From: an uncultured Legionella sp.
Lineage (GTDB): Bacteria; Pseudomonadota; Gammaproteobacteria; Legionellales; Legionellaceae
Length of the DNA stretch: 64,000 nucleotides
Direction of reading: 5' to 3'
NCBI GenBank assembly: GCA_964513205.1
Contig: CAZELP010000006.1
Span: 8,990-72,989, forward strand
This document shows, piece by piece, positions 49,360 through 59,727 of this stretch. The first letter of the stretch is position 1; the number at the start of each line of letters is the position of its first letter. Both the position numbers and the translations under genes were made by a program. Under the pieces are notes generated by a model that worked only from the letters and a program-made list of their open reading frames with translations, was not told the origin of the DNA and searched no databases.

Positions 49360-52300
49360 GTATTTTTCCTTTTTCGGAAAAATCGGCCGCCCAGTGCTTC
49401 GAAACGTCGTTCGATTAGGTAATAATAAGTTGGGAGTGCAAACAATGTCAGTAAAGTGGAAATCAGAAGACCGCCGACAACGACAGTGGCCAGCCCTCGT
49501 TGCACATCACTGCCGACTCCTGTGGCAATGGCCGCGGGCAGCATGCCAAAAGAAGCCACGGTTGCTGTCATTAAAATGGGCCTTAATCGTTCGCTGGCGC
49601 CCTCGATAACGGCTTCTTCAAGTTTTTTCTCTTGGGACAGGCGTCTAATGTTGGCGATCATAATAATTCCATTTTGAACAGAAACGCCAAAAAGGGCAAT
49701 AAAACCGACGGCTGTTGCTACATTGAGTGTTTGTCCTGTCAGATGCAGTGTCACAAGTCCGCCTAATGTGGCCATTGGGACAACGGCCAGGACTAATCCA
49801 ACGTTTCTAAGTCGCTGAAATTGCATAAAAAGTAAGATAGACATCAGAATTAACATAATCGCCAAGATGTACACTAATCTTTTTTGGGCGCGTTGTTGGC
49901 TTTCAAATTGTCCAGCCCATTCCAAGCGAAATTTTTGATGGTCAAACTGAACCCCTTCATGAATGCGCTGTTGCGCATCTTTTAAATAAGAGGCAAGGTC
50001 GCGTCCACGGTTATCAATTCGAATGGCGAGCATTCGCTCTGTATTTTCATGCGCAATATTGCTTTCTCCTGTTTGATAGGCAATCGTGGCAACTTGAGAA
50101 AGCAATATATCTGCTCCTGTTGCGCTTCTTAACGTCAAGTTTCCAATGACTTCGCGATTTTGTTTGTTCTCTTTTGAGTAGCGTGCGGTGATATTGTAGA
50201 TGTGATCATTGGCATACATGAGCGTGATGGGTGCTCCGCCCAATCCTGTTTGAATGAGCGTTGTGATATCTGAAATACTGATTCCAAAACGGGCCATTTT
50301 TATTCTATCTGCTGTAATGGTGAGTTGTGGAATAGGGGGCTCTTGGAAAATAGAAACAGAGGCGGTTCCTGGAACAGTCTTTAAGATTTTTACAATTTGG
50401 CGCGCAATGTGCCTTGACTCTCGTAAATCATCTCCATAAACACGAAGTGCCAGTGGGCTATGGGCTCCGCCGACACTGTCATTCACATTGTCGATGATGG
50501 GTTGGCTGATTCCAATGCTGTATCCTGGCATTTTGGAGAATTCTTGTGTGAGTTGTGCCACAAGATCTGCTTTCGTTTCTCCATTTGGCCAGACTGAATA
50601 AGGCTTTAGTCCGACAGGGACCTCAATATGAGAGGGTGACCATGGATCGGTTCCTTCATCACTTCGCCCAAGCTGTGTGACGACATAAGAAACCTCAGGA
50701 TGTTTGAGCATTTTTTCTCGCAGTTCTCCGGCCATTGCATTTGCTTTTTCAAGCGATATTCCACTGGGTAGTGCTACTTGAAGCCACAACGATCCTTCAT
50801 CGAGTTCTGGCAAAAATTCTCGGCCTGATGTCATGCCCAACAAAATGATGGAGATTAAGATCGTTCCTCCAACAGTTAAGCTGAATCTGGGAAGTGTGAG
50901 TAATTGGTGAAGAAGACTTTTATAACGTGATGTAATTTTAATCAGAATGGTATTGTGAAAAACTTTTTGGGGTTTTTTGAGAATCGTGTAGGCCAATCCT
51001 GGTACTAATGTCATGGCACAAATCAATGCGCCTAAAAGTGCATAAGAGACCGTATACGCCATGGGTTTAAATAACCGTCCCTCTGCGCGTTCAAATGCAA
51101 ACAACGGTAAATAAGCTGAGATGATAATGAGTGTGGCGAAAAAAATAGGGCGTGCGACGTAACCTGTGGTAATCAGCGTGTCTTCTATGCTTAATGCGAT
51201 GTGCGGGTTTTCTTCTCGTCTTCTTAAGATGGCCTCCATGACAACAATCGCTCCATCTACAATTACACCAAAATCAATTGCTCCAAGCGAAAATAAATTA
51301 GCTGGCATGTGTGTAATATTCATCATGATAAACACACTGACAAGCGCTGCAGGGATGGCCACTGTTACCACAAGAGCGGCTCTTGGACTGCCTAAAAAAA
51401 TGATCAAGACAATAGAAACGAGGCAGATACCTTCAATTACGGTATGTTTGACTTTTTCAATTGTGAGATGAACCAGATCGTCGCGGTCGATGTAAGGTAC
51501 AATTTGGATTCCCAATGGTTTGAGCTTTGCTCTTAATGCATCTATTTTTTCATGAACACCTTTCAATACATGCGATGGGTTTTCATGCTTTCGCATTTGA
51601 ACAATGCCTTCTATGCTGTCAGGGTTGTGATTTTTACCTAAGAAACCTTGTCTTTCTTGATGCCCAATGCGTGGTTCGCCAATATCTTTGATGTAAACCG
51701 GGATGGTATTTTGCTGAGTGACAACGACATTTCCGAGCTCTTCAAGTGTATGGATTTGTCCAATACCCCGCACAACATAATTTTGTTCTCCTCGAGAGAC
51801 ACGTCCGCCGCCAGCATTGGCTGTATTGTTGGTAATAGCCGTGACAATATCATTGAGGACGACTTGATGTTTTTGCATCTTAATCGGATCAAGGTTCACT
51901 TGGTATTCTTTGGTGTATCCACCAAAGTTATTCACATCAGCGATTCCTGGAACTTGCTTAATGGCTGGGATCACCATCCAGCGCTGAATTTCGGAAAGCT
52001 CCATGAGATTATGTGTATTTGATTCCAACGTATATCGATAAATTTCCCCTCCAGATCCTGTGAGAGGCCCGAGATTGGGGGATATTCCTGGTGGGAGAAT
52101 GGCATCACTGATATGATTTAAAACACGTTCTCGAGCAAAGTATTCTTCGACCCCATCTTTAAAAATTAATGTGATTAGAGATAATGCAAATGTACTGCTT
52201 GAACGCAGCACATGCAGCTCAGGTAAGTTGACAAGTGCTCGCTCTAGAGGTCTTGTGATTTGTTGTTCTATTTCTTCTGCTGCGAGTCCTCGTACTTGAG

Positions 52301-52451
52301 TTGTAATTTGCACGGTTACGTCACTCAATTCTGGATATGCTTCGATGGTCATTTGTTTACAGGAAATATAACCATAAAAACACAGCAATATTGCAATACC
52401 CCAAGCAATATGTCTTTTTTTAAAGCAAATCGCAATGATTCGATTAATCAT
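49356..52451 (-). CDS. Heavy-metal-efflux (HME) RND permease, CzcA-like
   Basis: 1031 aa with 12 TM helices. TM4 'DFGVIVDGAIVVME' matches the D-x5-D-x6-E proton-relay signature of CzcA-type pumps. Confidence 0.92.
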   Translation of the reverse strand: MINRIIAICFKKRHIAWGIAILLCFYGYISCKQMTIEAYPELSDVTVQITTQVRGLAAEEIEQQITRPLERALVNLPELHVLRSSSTFALSLITLIFKDGVEEYFARERVLNHISDAILPPGISPNLGPLTGSGGEIYRYTLESNTHNLMELSEIQRWMVIPAIKQVPGIADVNNFGGYTKEYQVNLDPIKMQKHQVVLNDIVTAITNNTANAGGGRVSRGEQNYVVRGIGQIHTLEELGNVVVTQQNTIPVYIKDIGEPRIGHQERQGFLGKNHNPDSIEGIVQMRKHENPSHVLKGVHEKIDALRAKLKPLGIQIVPYIDRDDLVHLTIEKVKHTVIEGICLVSIVLIIFLGSPRAALVVTVAIPAALVSVFIMMNITHMPANLFSLGAIDFGVIVDGAIVVMEAILRRREENPHIALSIEDTLITTGYVARPIFFATLIIISAYLPLFAFERAEGRLFKPMAYTVSYALLGALICAMTLVPGLAYTILKKPQKVFHNTILIKITSRYKSLLHQLLTLPRFSLTVGGTILISIILLGMTSGREFLPELDEGSLWLQVALPSGISLEKANAMAGELREKMLKHPEVSYVVTQLGRSDEGTDPWSPSHIEVPVGLKPYSVWPNGETKADLVAQLTQEFSKMPGYSIGISQPIIDNVNDSVGGAHSPLALRVYGDDLRESRHIARQIVKILKTVPGTASVSIFQEPPIPQLTITADRIKMARFGISISDITTLIQTGLGGAPITLMYANDHIYNITARYSKENKQNREVIGNLTLRSATGADILLSQVATIAYQTGESNIAHENTERMLAIRIDNRGRDLASYLKDAQQRIHEGVQFDHQKFRLEWAGQFESQQRAQKRLVYILAIMLILMSILLFMQFQRLRNVGLVLAVVPMATLGGLVTLHLTGQTLNVATAVGFIALFGVSVQNGIIMIANIRRLSQEKKLEEAVIEGASERLRPILMTATVASFGMLPAAIATGVGSDVQRGLATVVVGGLLISTLLTLFALPTYYYLIERRFEALGGRFFRKRKNT

Positions 52452-53613
52452 TGATTAAGATTCCTCCATCAATGACAATATGCTCACCTTCAGAAAGACC
52501 AGATAAAACACGGACCATATCGCTATCTTCTAAACCGATTTGAATTTCTCGTCTGACGAAAGTCCAAGGAGCGGTTTCAACGAAAACAGATGTTTCATCA
52601 TCATTCATCAGAATGGAAGAGACAGGGATCATGATCACGAGTGGTTGTTTAATTTTAATTTGAACACTGGCAAACATATTGGGTTGTAGCTTGTGATCCG
52701 TGTTCTGAAAAAGGGTTCGTGCTTTATTGCGTCTTGTATCGGGCTCTAGATAAGCGTTGACAACACCAATTTGACTTTCTAATGTTAGTTTTGGATAAGC
52801 TGGTAAAAAAACAGCAATTGGTTGTTGCGGTCGCATTATTCCAGCCAGCGTTTCAGGAACATCTGCGGTTATCCAGACTTGATCAATATTGGTCAATGTA
52901 AATAAGGGTTCTGTCACATCGGTCAGATAGGAGCCAAGCCCATAATGAATAGCGGTCAGTTGTCCATCAATGGGGGCCAAAATTTTGAGAACACCGAAGT
53001 CTCCTTGCCCGAGCGTTTTGAGTCTGGCTTGAGTTTGGTTAAAAATCTCGACTGCTTGTTTATAGTCATTTTCGGCAATTTGCAGATCTTTGAGGGTGTT
53101 ACCGCCAGCTTTGTAGACGCCTTGAGTTCGTGCCAAATTTTTCTCAGCCAATAGTTTTGCCGCTTCTGCTCTTTTATAGTCTGCATTTGCACTGGCCAGA
53201 TCGCCTGATTGTACTTCGGCAAGTAGTTGATTGGCTTTTACTTCTTGACCAAGGGCCACGTGGAGTTTGATGAGTCGACCCATTACAGGCGGATAAACAT
53301 TAACGACGCGGGCCGGATCCGCTTCGACCGCACCAGGAACAACCACAAGATGGGGTTGTTTAATTTTTTGTACGGCTTGCGTCTTAATTTCTTGGCGTAA
53401 TACTGATTTTGGAGGAATAAAAATGGTGTTTTTTTCACGAACTAATAGGAGGTCAGGATTTTTTTTAAAAATAAAGTGAGCCAGTTGGTTGATGCCTTTG
53501 AATAAAAAAACGATGAACAAAATACTAAGAAAAGCAGAAATGAAGAGCGCAACCGCGCGTCCTTCTCTACTGAGATGTTGATATTTTTTCCGAAAAATTT
53601 CGGCAATTTTCAT
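52444..53613 (-). CDS. Efflux RND periplasmic adaptor (membrane fusion protein)
   Basis: It has an N-terminal TM helix, a lipoyl/hairpin/beta-barrel layout, and 'GQEVKANQLLAEV'. It overlaps the RND gene by 8 nt. Confidence 0.85.
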   Translation of the reverse strand: MKIAEIFRKKYQHLSREGRAVALFISAFLSILFIVFLFKGINQLAHFIFKKNPDLLLVREKNTIFIPPKSVLRQEIKTQAVQKIKQPHLVVVPGAVEADPARVVNVYPPVMGRLIKLHVALGQEVKANQLLAEVQSGDLASANADYKRAEAAKLLAEKNLARTQGVYKAGGNTLKDLQIAENDYKQAVEIFNQTQARLKTLGQGDFGVLKILAPIDGQLTAIHYGLGSYLTDVTEPLFTLTNIDQVWITADVPETLAGIMRPQQPIAVFLPAYPKLTLESQIGVVNAYLEPDTRRNKARTLFQNTDHKLQPNMFASVQIKIKQPLVIMIPVSSILMNDDETSVFVETAPWTFVRREIQIGLEDSDMVRVLSGLSEGEHIVIDGGILIND

Positions 53614-53665
53614 ACAACACGTCCTTGTTCTATGATGTTTTGACTGATGCTAAATGTCGAGAAAA

Positions 53666-54862
53666 CTAGGCGGCTGGTTTTAATGCCAGTTCGTCGCGTT
53701 TTCGCCAGTTTAAAATGACAATGGCCAATGTCCCCGCAATGATTCCCCAAAAAGCCGATCCCAATCCGAAAAGAGACATTCCTGAAGAAGAAATCAAGAG
53801 TGTAATTAACGCGGGTTCTCGCTCGGTTTCTTTATCTAGGGCATTTTTTAAGCTGGTGCCGATGGTGCTCATCATGGCAATTCCTGCAATGGCAAGAATC
53901 AATGCATTTGGAAATGCTGAGAATAAAGTGACGACAGTTGACCCCAATATTGCAATAACAAGCCAACACAGTCCGGCGAATAAAGTTGCACGATAACGTT
54001 TTTTGGGATCCGAATCGGCTTCTTTTCCAGTACAAACTGCCGCACTGATAGCGGCAAGGTTGATAGAATAGCAACCGAATGGTGCGAATAAAAGAGTGGC
54101 GACGCCAGTCCAGCTTACAATAGATGAGCTGGGTGGTGTATAACCTGATGCATTGAGCACCGCCATTCCAGGAATATTTTGTGATGTCATGGTCACAAAA
54201 AAGAGAGGAACGCCAATACTAAAAAGTACTGAGGGTGTAAAAACCGGCATGGTTAAAACGGGGGAGGCCAATGTCAGATGAAGACCTTCAGTATGAAATA
54301 GACCCTCTGATGAGGCAATCACGATTCCTGTTAAGAGTACAAATAAAATGGCATATCTTGGAAAAAAACGTTTCCCGACCAAATGCATGATGAGCATGGT
54401 ACATACCATTGAAAATTGCTCTTGCATGGCGATGAAAACATTCAGTCCAAAATGAAAGAGAATACCAGCGAGCATGGCGGAGCTTAGACTGTGAGGGATG
54501 CGTGTAATGAGTTTTTTGAAAAGTCCGGTCACACCGACGACAATCGTTAGAAATCCTGCAAACATAAACGCACCAATCGCCTCGGGCATGGTTACGCCAT
54601 TGAGACTGGTCACCAGCAACGCGGCGCCAGGTGTGGACCATCCCGTTAGAATCGGCATTCGATAATGCAAAGACAGGCCAATGCACGTTAATGCGATTGA
54701 AAGCCCCAACGCAAAAAGCCAAGAGCTGACTTCATCAGGTGTGGCTCCCAATTGTGTGGCAGATTGAAAGACGATGACAGCAGAACTTGTAAAGCCAACC
54801 AACACACTGATAAAACCGGCAGTCATGTGCGAAAACGAAAAAAAACGGCGCATCTTATTCAA
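53666..54862 (-). CDS. benE: BenE-family benzoate/H+ symporter-like transporter
   Basis: About 12 TM helices. The N-terminus 'HMTAGFISVLVGFTSSAVIVFQ' is typical of BenE. Confidence 0.8.
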   Translation of the reverse strand: MNKMRRFFSFSHMTAGFISVLVGFTSSAVIVFQSATQLGATPDEVSSWLFALGLSIALTCIGLSLHYRMPILTGWSTPGAALLVTSLNGVTMPEAIGAFMFAGFLTIVVGVTGLFKKLITRIPHSLSSAMLAGILFHFGLNVFIAMQEQFSMVCTMLIMHLVGKRFFPRYAILFVLLTGIVIASSEGLFHTEGLHLTLASPVLTMPVFTPSVLFSIGVPLFFVTMTSQNIPGMAVLNASGYTPPSSSIVSWTGVATLLFAPFGCYSINLAAISAAVCTGKEADSDPKKRYRATLFAGLCWLVIAILGSTVVTLFSAFPNALILAIAGIAMMSTIGTSLKNALDKETEREPALITLLISSSGMSLFGLGSAFWGIIAGTLAIVILNWRKRDELALKPAA

Positions 54863-54930
54863 CCTCTTTTAAAACGTTATTCGTTGAGCACATCAGGTGG
54901 CAACAAAACGAAATCAACGCAGTGGGGATG

Positions 54931-55890
54931 TCATTTGATCATCTCTGCGATTTTAACATAATTTTCATATCGTTGTCTCATGATGACTCCTTTTTCTACT
55001 GCTTGAATAATTGCACATCCGGGTGTGGTCATGTGTGTGCAATTTCTAAACCTGCAATGCGGGATCAATGGCTTAAATTCGACATAGTGTTCCGCAATGG
55101 TGCGAAGTTGAAGCGCCATGAGATTAAATTCGCGCACCCCTGGTGAGTCGATAATCGCGCCTCCGGATGGAAGATGATAGTACTTGGCGTAGCTTGTGGT
55201 GTGTTGACCTTGTTCTCGATGTGTTGAGAGCGCTCCAATTTCGATATTTTTTTCGTGTGGCAGCAAGCGTCGAATGATAGAGGATTTGCCAACACCGGAT
55301 TGCCCGACAAAAATACTGATTTCGTTTTCCAGTTTCGTTTTGAGGTCCTCATCTCCTTGGAGGACATTTTGCTGGAGTTCAACAATAGGGTACCCCAATG
55401 GTTCGTAAGTTTCGTGGATTATTTTTCTAAGTGAGGGTGAAACCAGATCCATTTTGTTCAATACAATCAAGACCGACAATTGAAGATGCATTCCCATGAC
55501 CAGATAACTATCTAGCAGTGTCCACGATAACATAGGCGACTCGGTGACAACGACGCACATTTGCGTTAAATTGGCCGCGATCGGTTTAGATTGTTGATGT
55601 TTATTGATTCGTGCAAGTATCGTTTTTCTTGGATAGACGCTTAAAATGACACCTTGTTTTTCGTTCTCCAATTGATACGCGACGCGATCGCCGGTGACGA
55701 CATCGTTCAAATTAGCGCGAATGGAGCATTGTATTAATCCATGCTCCGCTGTTTCTATTTCGGCTGATTGTCCGAAACGTGTGATGACAAGTCCACTTGA
55801 TGTTGAGGTTTGGTCATGAGATTCTCGATGTCGTTCTTGTTTTTCTTGGATACGACGTTGTTGTTGATCAGTAATTCGTCTTTTACTCAT
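54931..55890 (-). CDS. rsgA: Ribosome small-subunit biogenesis GTPase RsgA
   Basis: The start is 'MSKRRITDQQQRRI'. It is a circularly permuted GTPase with 'LNKMDL', 'GQSGVGKSS' and 'DSPG'. The zinc knuckle is 'CRFRNCTHMTTPGC'. Confidence 0.92.
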   Translation of the reverse strand: MSKRRITDQQQRRIQEKQERHRESHDQTSTSSGLVITRFGQSAEIETAEHGLIQCSIRANLNDVVTGDRVAYQLENEKQGVILSVYPRKTILARINKHQQSKPIAANLTQMCVVVTESPMLSWTLLDSYLVMGMHLQLSVLIVLNKMDLVSPSLRKIIHETYEPLGYPIVELQQNVLQGDEDLKTKLENEISIFVGQSGVGKSSIIRRLLPHEKNIEIGALSTHREQGQHTTSYAKYYHLPSGGAIIDSPGVREFNLMALQLRTIAEHYVEFKPLIPHCRFRNCTHMTTPGCAIIQAVEKGVIMRQRYENYVKIAEMIK

Positions 55891-55954
55891 GATAAGGAAC
55901 AATGTTATGTTATAGTCATTTTGATAAATCGTACCAGTTCGGATGTGATTAGCA

Positions 55955-57148
55955 ATGAAAATCTACTTAGTTGGTGGGGCGGTGCGTGATAAAATCCTTG
56001 GACTTGAGGTAACAGAGCGTGATTGGGTTGTGGTTGGTGCCACTCCTGAGCAATTAGTTCGGTTGGGTTTTACGCAAGTTGGCCGAGATTTCCCTGTGTT
56101 TTTGCATCCTGAAACCAAGGAAGAATATGCGCTTGCGCGAAAAGAGCGTAAAATAGGTCCTGGATATCTTGGATTTGAGTGTAATACGTCATCCGATGTG
56201 ACTCTAGAAGAAGATCTGGCCCGTCGAGATCTCACTCTAAATGCAATCGCAATGGATGAAAATGGAACATATATCGATCCTTACGGCGGACTTCGTGACA
56301 TTGAGTGTCGTCTATTGAGACATGTGTCTCCTGCGTTTGTCGAAGATCCTGTCCGTGTGTTACGCTTAGCTCGATTTGCAGCGCGTTTTCGAGTGCTGGG
56401 TTTTGATGTGGCTCCAGAAACTCGTGCTTTGGTGTATGCAATGTCTCGACGAGGCGAATTAAATACTCTTGTCCCTGAGCGGGTGTGGGCGGAGTGGGAA
56501 AAAGCCTTATTGACTGATAATCCAGCAATATTTATTCGTGTGTTACGAGAAACTGGTGCTCTCTTTGCAATTTTACCTGAAATAGCCGAAATATTTGGTG
56601 TTCCACAAATCAAAACAAAGCCTTCTTGTATGGTCGATGTGGGTGAAAGAGCAATGATGCGCCTTGAGCAATTTAGTGCAACCTGTAGGGATCCTGTGTT
56701 GCGTTTTGCTGTATTTTGCTTAGAGCTTGGAAAAGGAAAAACACCTTGTCAATATTGGCCTTTTCATCCTGATGAAATTTCAAATGGGGTCAAAGCATTA
56801 TCTGATTTGAGCTTACGTCTTAAATTGCCTCGTGTGTACCATGATTTGGCTGAGTTGAGCTTGAAATGGCATCTTGAGATTGGACGTTTATCAAACCTTA
56901 CACCCAACGAGATTTTAGTTGTTTTAAATCAAACCGATGCCTGGCGGCGCCAAGCTCGTTTTGAATCTTTGTTACGTGTGGCTGAGACTGTTCATGCGAA
57001 TCCTCAGTTGACACGTGATTGGAACAATTTGAGAGCGTGTGCGTTTGAAATACCACAAAAATTAATAGAAAAGTATCAGGGAATATCTTTGAAAGAAGCC
57101 ATTATGGCGTATCGTTTAGAACAGATTAAAGCGCATTTAATGCCATAG
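55955..57148 (+). CDS. cca: CCA-adding tRNA nucleotidyltransferase (class II) with a degenerate HD domain
   Basis: The head motifs are '[12 protein letters not shown]', 'RDWVVVG', '[10 protein letters not shown]' and 'RRDLTLNA'. The E. coli HD-domain residues (HDLGK and others) read 'LELGK' here. Confidence 0.9.
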   Translation: MKIYLVGGAVRDKILGLEVTERDWVVVGATPEQLVRLGFTQVGRDFPVFLHPETKEEYALARKERKIGPGYLGFECNTSSDVTLEEDLARRDLTLNAIAMDENGTYIDPYGGLRDIECRLLRHVSPAFVEDPVRVLRLARFAARFRVLGFDVAPETRALVYAMSRRGELNTLVPERVWAEWEKALLTDNPAIFIRVLRETGALFAILPEIAEIFGVPQIKTKPSCMVDVGERAMMRLEQFSATCRDPVLRFAVFCLELGKGKTPCQYWPFHPDEISNGVKALSDLSLRLKLPRVYHDLAELSLKWHLEIGRLSNLTPNEILVVLNQTDAWRRQARFESLLRVAETVHANPQLTRDWNNLRACAFEIPQKLIEKYQGISLKEAIMAYRLEQIKAHLMP

Positions 57149-57155
57149 GAGTCAC

Positions 57156-57707
57156 ATGAAAAATAGTCAAAATTTGATATGGATTGATTTAGAAATGACA
57201 GGATTATCTCCTGAACAAGATAAGATCCTAGAGATTGCAACGGTTGTCACAGATAAAAATTTAAATATTTTGGCAGAAGGTCCTGTGATGGCAATTTATC
57301 AGTCAGAGGAACGTTTGGCTTTGATGGATGCGTGGAATACAAGACAACACAACGCTTCTGGTCTTGTTTCACGTGTTTTAGCAAGCACTTGGAATGAAGA
57401 ACGAGCCGCTTCTGAGACCATTGATTTTTTAAAGCAATATATCGATGCCGGCCAATCGCCCATGTGTGGAAATACCATTTGCCAAGACAGACGTTTTTTA
57501 TGTCGTTATATGCCAAAATTGGCCGATTTTTTCCATTACCGTAATCTTGATGTCAGCACGCTAAAAGAGCTGGTTTTGCGATGGAGGCCTGAATTAATGG
57601 CGGGCCTTAAAAAATCATCTAAGCATCTTGCATTGGAGGATATTAAAGACTCAATTGAGGAATTGAGGTATTATAGAAAACATTTTATTGCCCAACCTGG
57701 GGCGTGA
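57156..57707 (+). CDS. orn: Oligoribonuclease
   Basis: DEDDh motifs read: '[11 protein letters not shown]', '[11 protein letters not shown]' and '[18 protein letters not shown]'. Confidence 0.95.
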   Translation: MKNSQNLIWIDLEMTGLSPEQDKILEIATVVTDKNLNILAEGPVMAIYQSEERLALMDAWNTRQHNASGLVSRVLASTWNEERAASETIDFLKQYIDAGQSPMCGNTICQDRRFLCRYMPKLADFFHYRNLDVSTLKELVLRWRPELMAGLKKSSKHLALEDIKDSIEELRYYRKHFIAQPGA

Positions 57708-57733
57708 ACAAATTTTCTTGAGGAAATAATCAG

Positions 57734-58417
57734 ATGTTTGAACGAGAAAAATTGGTGTTGCCAAATCATGCTGACAAACTTTTATTGCACTCTTGTTGTG
57801 CGCCTTGCTCAGGCGAGGTGATGGAGGCGTTGATTGCGTCGGATATCGATTTTACAATTTTCTTTTACAATCCAAACATTCATCCTCTCCAGGAATATGA
57901 GCATCGCAAACAAGAAAATGTCGTCTTTGCTGAAAAGCACGGCATCCCCTTTATTGATGCGGACTACGACAAGGACAATTGGTTTTTGCGTGTAAAAGGA
58001 CTTGAATGGGAGCCTGAGCGTGGTGCCCGTTGTACGGCCTGTTTTGACATGCGCTTTGAAAGAACGGCGCTTTATGCGCATGAGCACGGCTTTCCTGTGA
58101 TCAGTAGTTCTCTTGGGATTTCTCGTTGGAAAGATATGAATCAAATCAATGGTTCTGGTGAGCGTGCCGCGGCTCGTTATCCTGGCTTATTGTATTGGAC
58201 ATACAATTGGCGTAAAAATGGAGGGAGTGCGCGAATGTATGAAATTGCCAAACGAGAAAATTTCTACAAGCAAGAGTATTGTGGTTGTGTTTATTCACTC
58301 AGAGATACCAATGCTTGGCGACAAAAAAATCAGCGTTGTCGAATTAAAATAGGTTTGAATCATTATGAGCAGGCCGCTGATGAGCCTGTTTCAGAAGAAG
58401 CGGTTGGTGAGTGTTAA
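57734..58417 (+). CDS. queH: Epoxyqueuosine reductase QueH (DUF208)
   Basis: Cys motifs read: '[11 protein letters not shown]', 'RCTACFDMR' and 'EYCGCVYS'. Confidence 0.85.
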   Translation: MFEREKLVLPNHADKLLLHSCCAPCSGEVMEALIASDIDFTIFFYNPNIHPLQEYEHRKQENVVFAEKHGIPFIDADYDKDNWFLRVKGLEWEPERGARCTACFDMRFERTALYAHEHGFPVISSSLGISRWKDMNQINGSGERAAARYPGLLYWTYNWRKNGGSARMYEIAKRENFYKQEYCGCVYSLRDTNAWRQKNQRCRIKIGLNHYEQAADEPVSEEAVGEC

Positions 58418-58455
58418 TCCATCTTTAACTGCGTAATTGAAGGAGAAAATTCAGG

Positions 58456-59313
58456 ATGAAGCTTTTGCGTTATGGTCCTTTGGGAGAAGAAAAGCCAGCA
58501 TTGCTCGATGAGAATGGAGAAATTCGTGATCTTTTCCATTATCTAAATGATCTTGATGCACGCAGTCTCGCTGATCCTTCTTTGTTAATGCAGCTGCATG
58601 CACTGAATCCCGAGCATTTACCTTCGATTGAGCCGTCGATTCGATTAGGCTCTTGTGTTGCTAATCCTGGCAAGATTATTTGTGTGGGATTCAACTCTTC
58701 CACACATGCAAAGCAAATTGGTTTATCTCCTTCACCCGAACAGCAAATGGTGTTGTTTTTGAAGGCAACTTCAGCGCTTTGTGGCCCTTTCGACCCAATT
58801 TTATATTCTCCTATGATGCAAAAACTGGATTGGGAGGCTGAGCTTGCCATTGTGATTGGGAAAAAAGGGAAATATATTCCTGAATCAGAGGCACATCATT
58901 ATATTTTTGGTTACACCTGTATGAATGATTTGACTGATCGTTATTGGCAACTTGAAACTGCTGATAAACAATTTATGAAAGCAAAATGTTTCGATCATGC
59001 TGCACCTTTAGGACCTTACTTGGTCACTCGTGACGAGCTTAATGGCTCGGCCCATCTGGATGTTAAATTATGGGTGAATGGTGTTTTAAAACAAGATTTT
59101 AACACCGATGAGTATCTCTATCAGGATGCTGCTATTGTCAGTTATGTCAGTCGATTTTTTACGTTATACCCTGGTGATATTATTTCGATGGGCACAGGCC
59201 CTGGATGTTCATCAGAAGCCCAGTTTTTGAAGCCCAGTGATAACGTTCAATTACGCATCGAGCGTGTCGGTGAGCAACGGCAAACCGTCGTGCTTGAGGA
59301 AACTTCTTTATAG
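58456..59313 (+). CDS. Fumarylacetoacetate hydrolase (FAH) family protein
   Basis: Motifs read: 'KIICVGFNS', 'DWEAELAIVIGK', 'GYTCMNDLTDR' and 'LYPGDIISMGTGPG'. Confidence 0.85.
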   Translation: MKLLRYGPLGEEKPALLDENGEIRDLFHYLNDLDARSLADPSLLMQLHALNPEHLPSIEPSIRLGSCVANPGKIICVGFNSSTHAKQIGLSPSPEQQMVLFLKATSALCGPFDPILYSPMMQKLDWEAELAIVIGKKGKYIPESEAHHYIFGYTCMNDLTDRYWQLETADKQFMKAKCFDHAAPLGPYLVTRDELNGSAHLDVKLWVNGVLKQDFNTDEYLYQDAAIVSYVSRFFTLYPGDIISMGTGPGCSSEAQFLKPSDNVQLRIERVGEQRQTVVLEETSL

Positions 59314-59727
59314 CTTCAACATATTTCTAAGGCCTTCACGATAGGCAATGCTGGCGCCTGCTTTATCGTCGAGGCTTTCTAAAAGTTGACCTATTGCAAA
59401 GTAACCTTCCGGTGTGGTTTCAAAAGAGAGTTTTCTCTTCAATGCTTCAATTTTTTGATTTTTCTCGGCTTTAAGTGCTTTTTTGGTTTTCCTTTTTAAT
59501 TGAAAATAACGCCATCGTCGGGGGATATCTAAAAACCAATTTAGCGTGATGAGCGTCACATGTAATACAAAAAAAATAATCAGCAAGGTCAGTAGCATGG
59601 TTAATACAGTGGCCTCTATGGTCCAATGGTTCAACGAAATAAGCACATACCCTGTATCATGATGCAGTTGTAGTCCAAGCCAAATTGAACCAGAAAAGAG
59701 AATAAAAATAAGCAACATTCGAATCAT
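59308..59727 (-). CDS. hemY: HemY N-terminal-domain protein (short HemY)
   Basis: It has two N-terminal TM helices and 'RRWRYFQLKRKTKKA', like the HemY_N domain. The position after hemX fits. It is only 139 aa, and the usual long TPR region is absent. Confidence 0.55.
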   Translation of the reverse strand: MIRMLLIFILFSGSIWLGLQLHHDTGYVLISLNHWTIEATVLTMLLTLLIIFFVLHVTLITLNWFLDIPRRWRYFQLKRKTKKALKAEKNQKIEALKRKLSFETTPEGYFAIGQLLESLDDKAGASIAYREGLRNMLKL

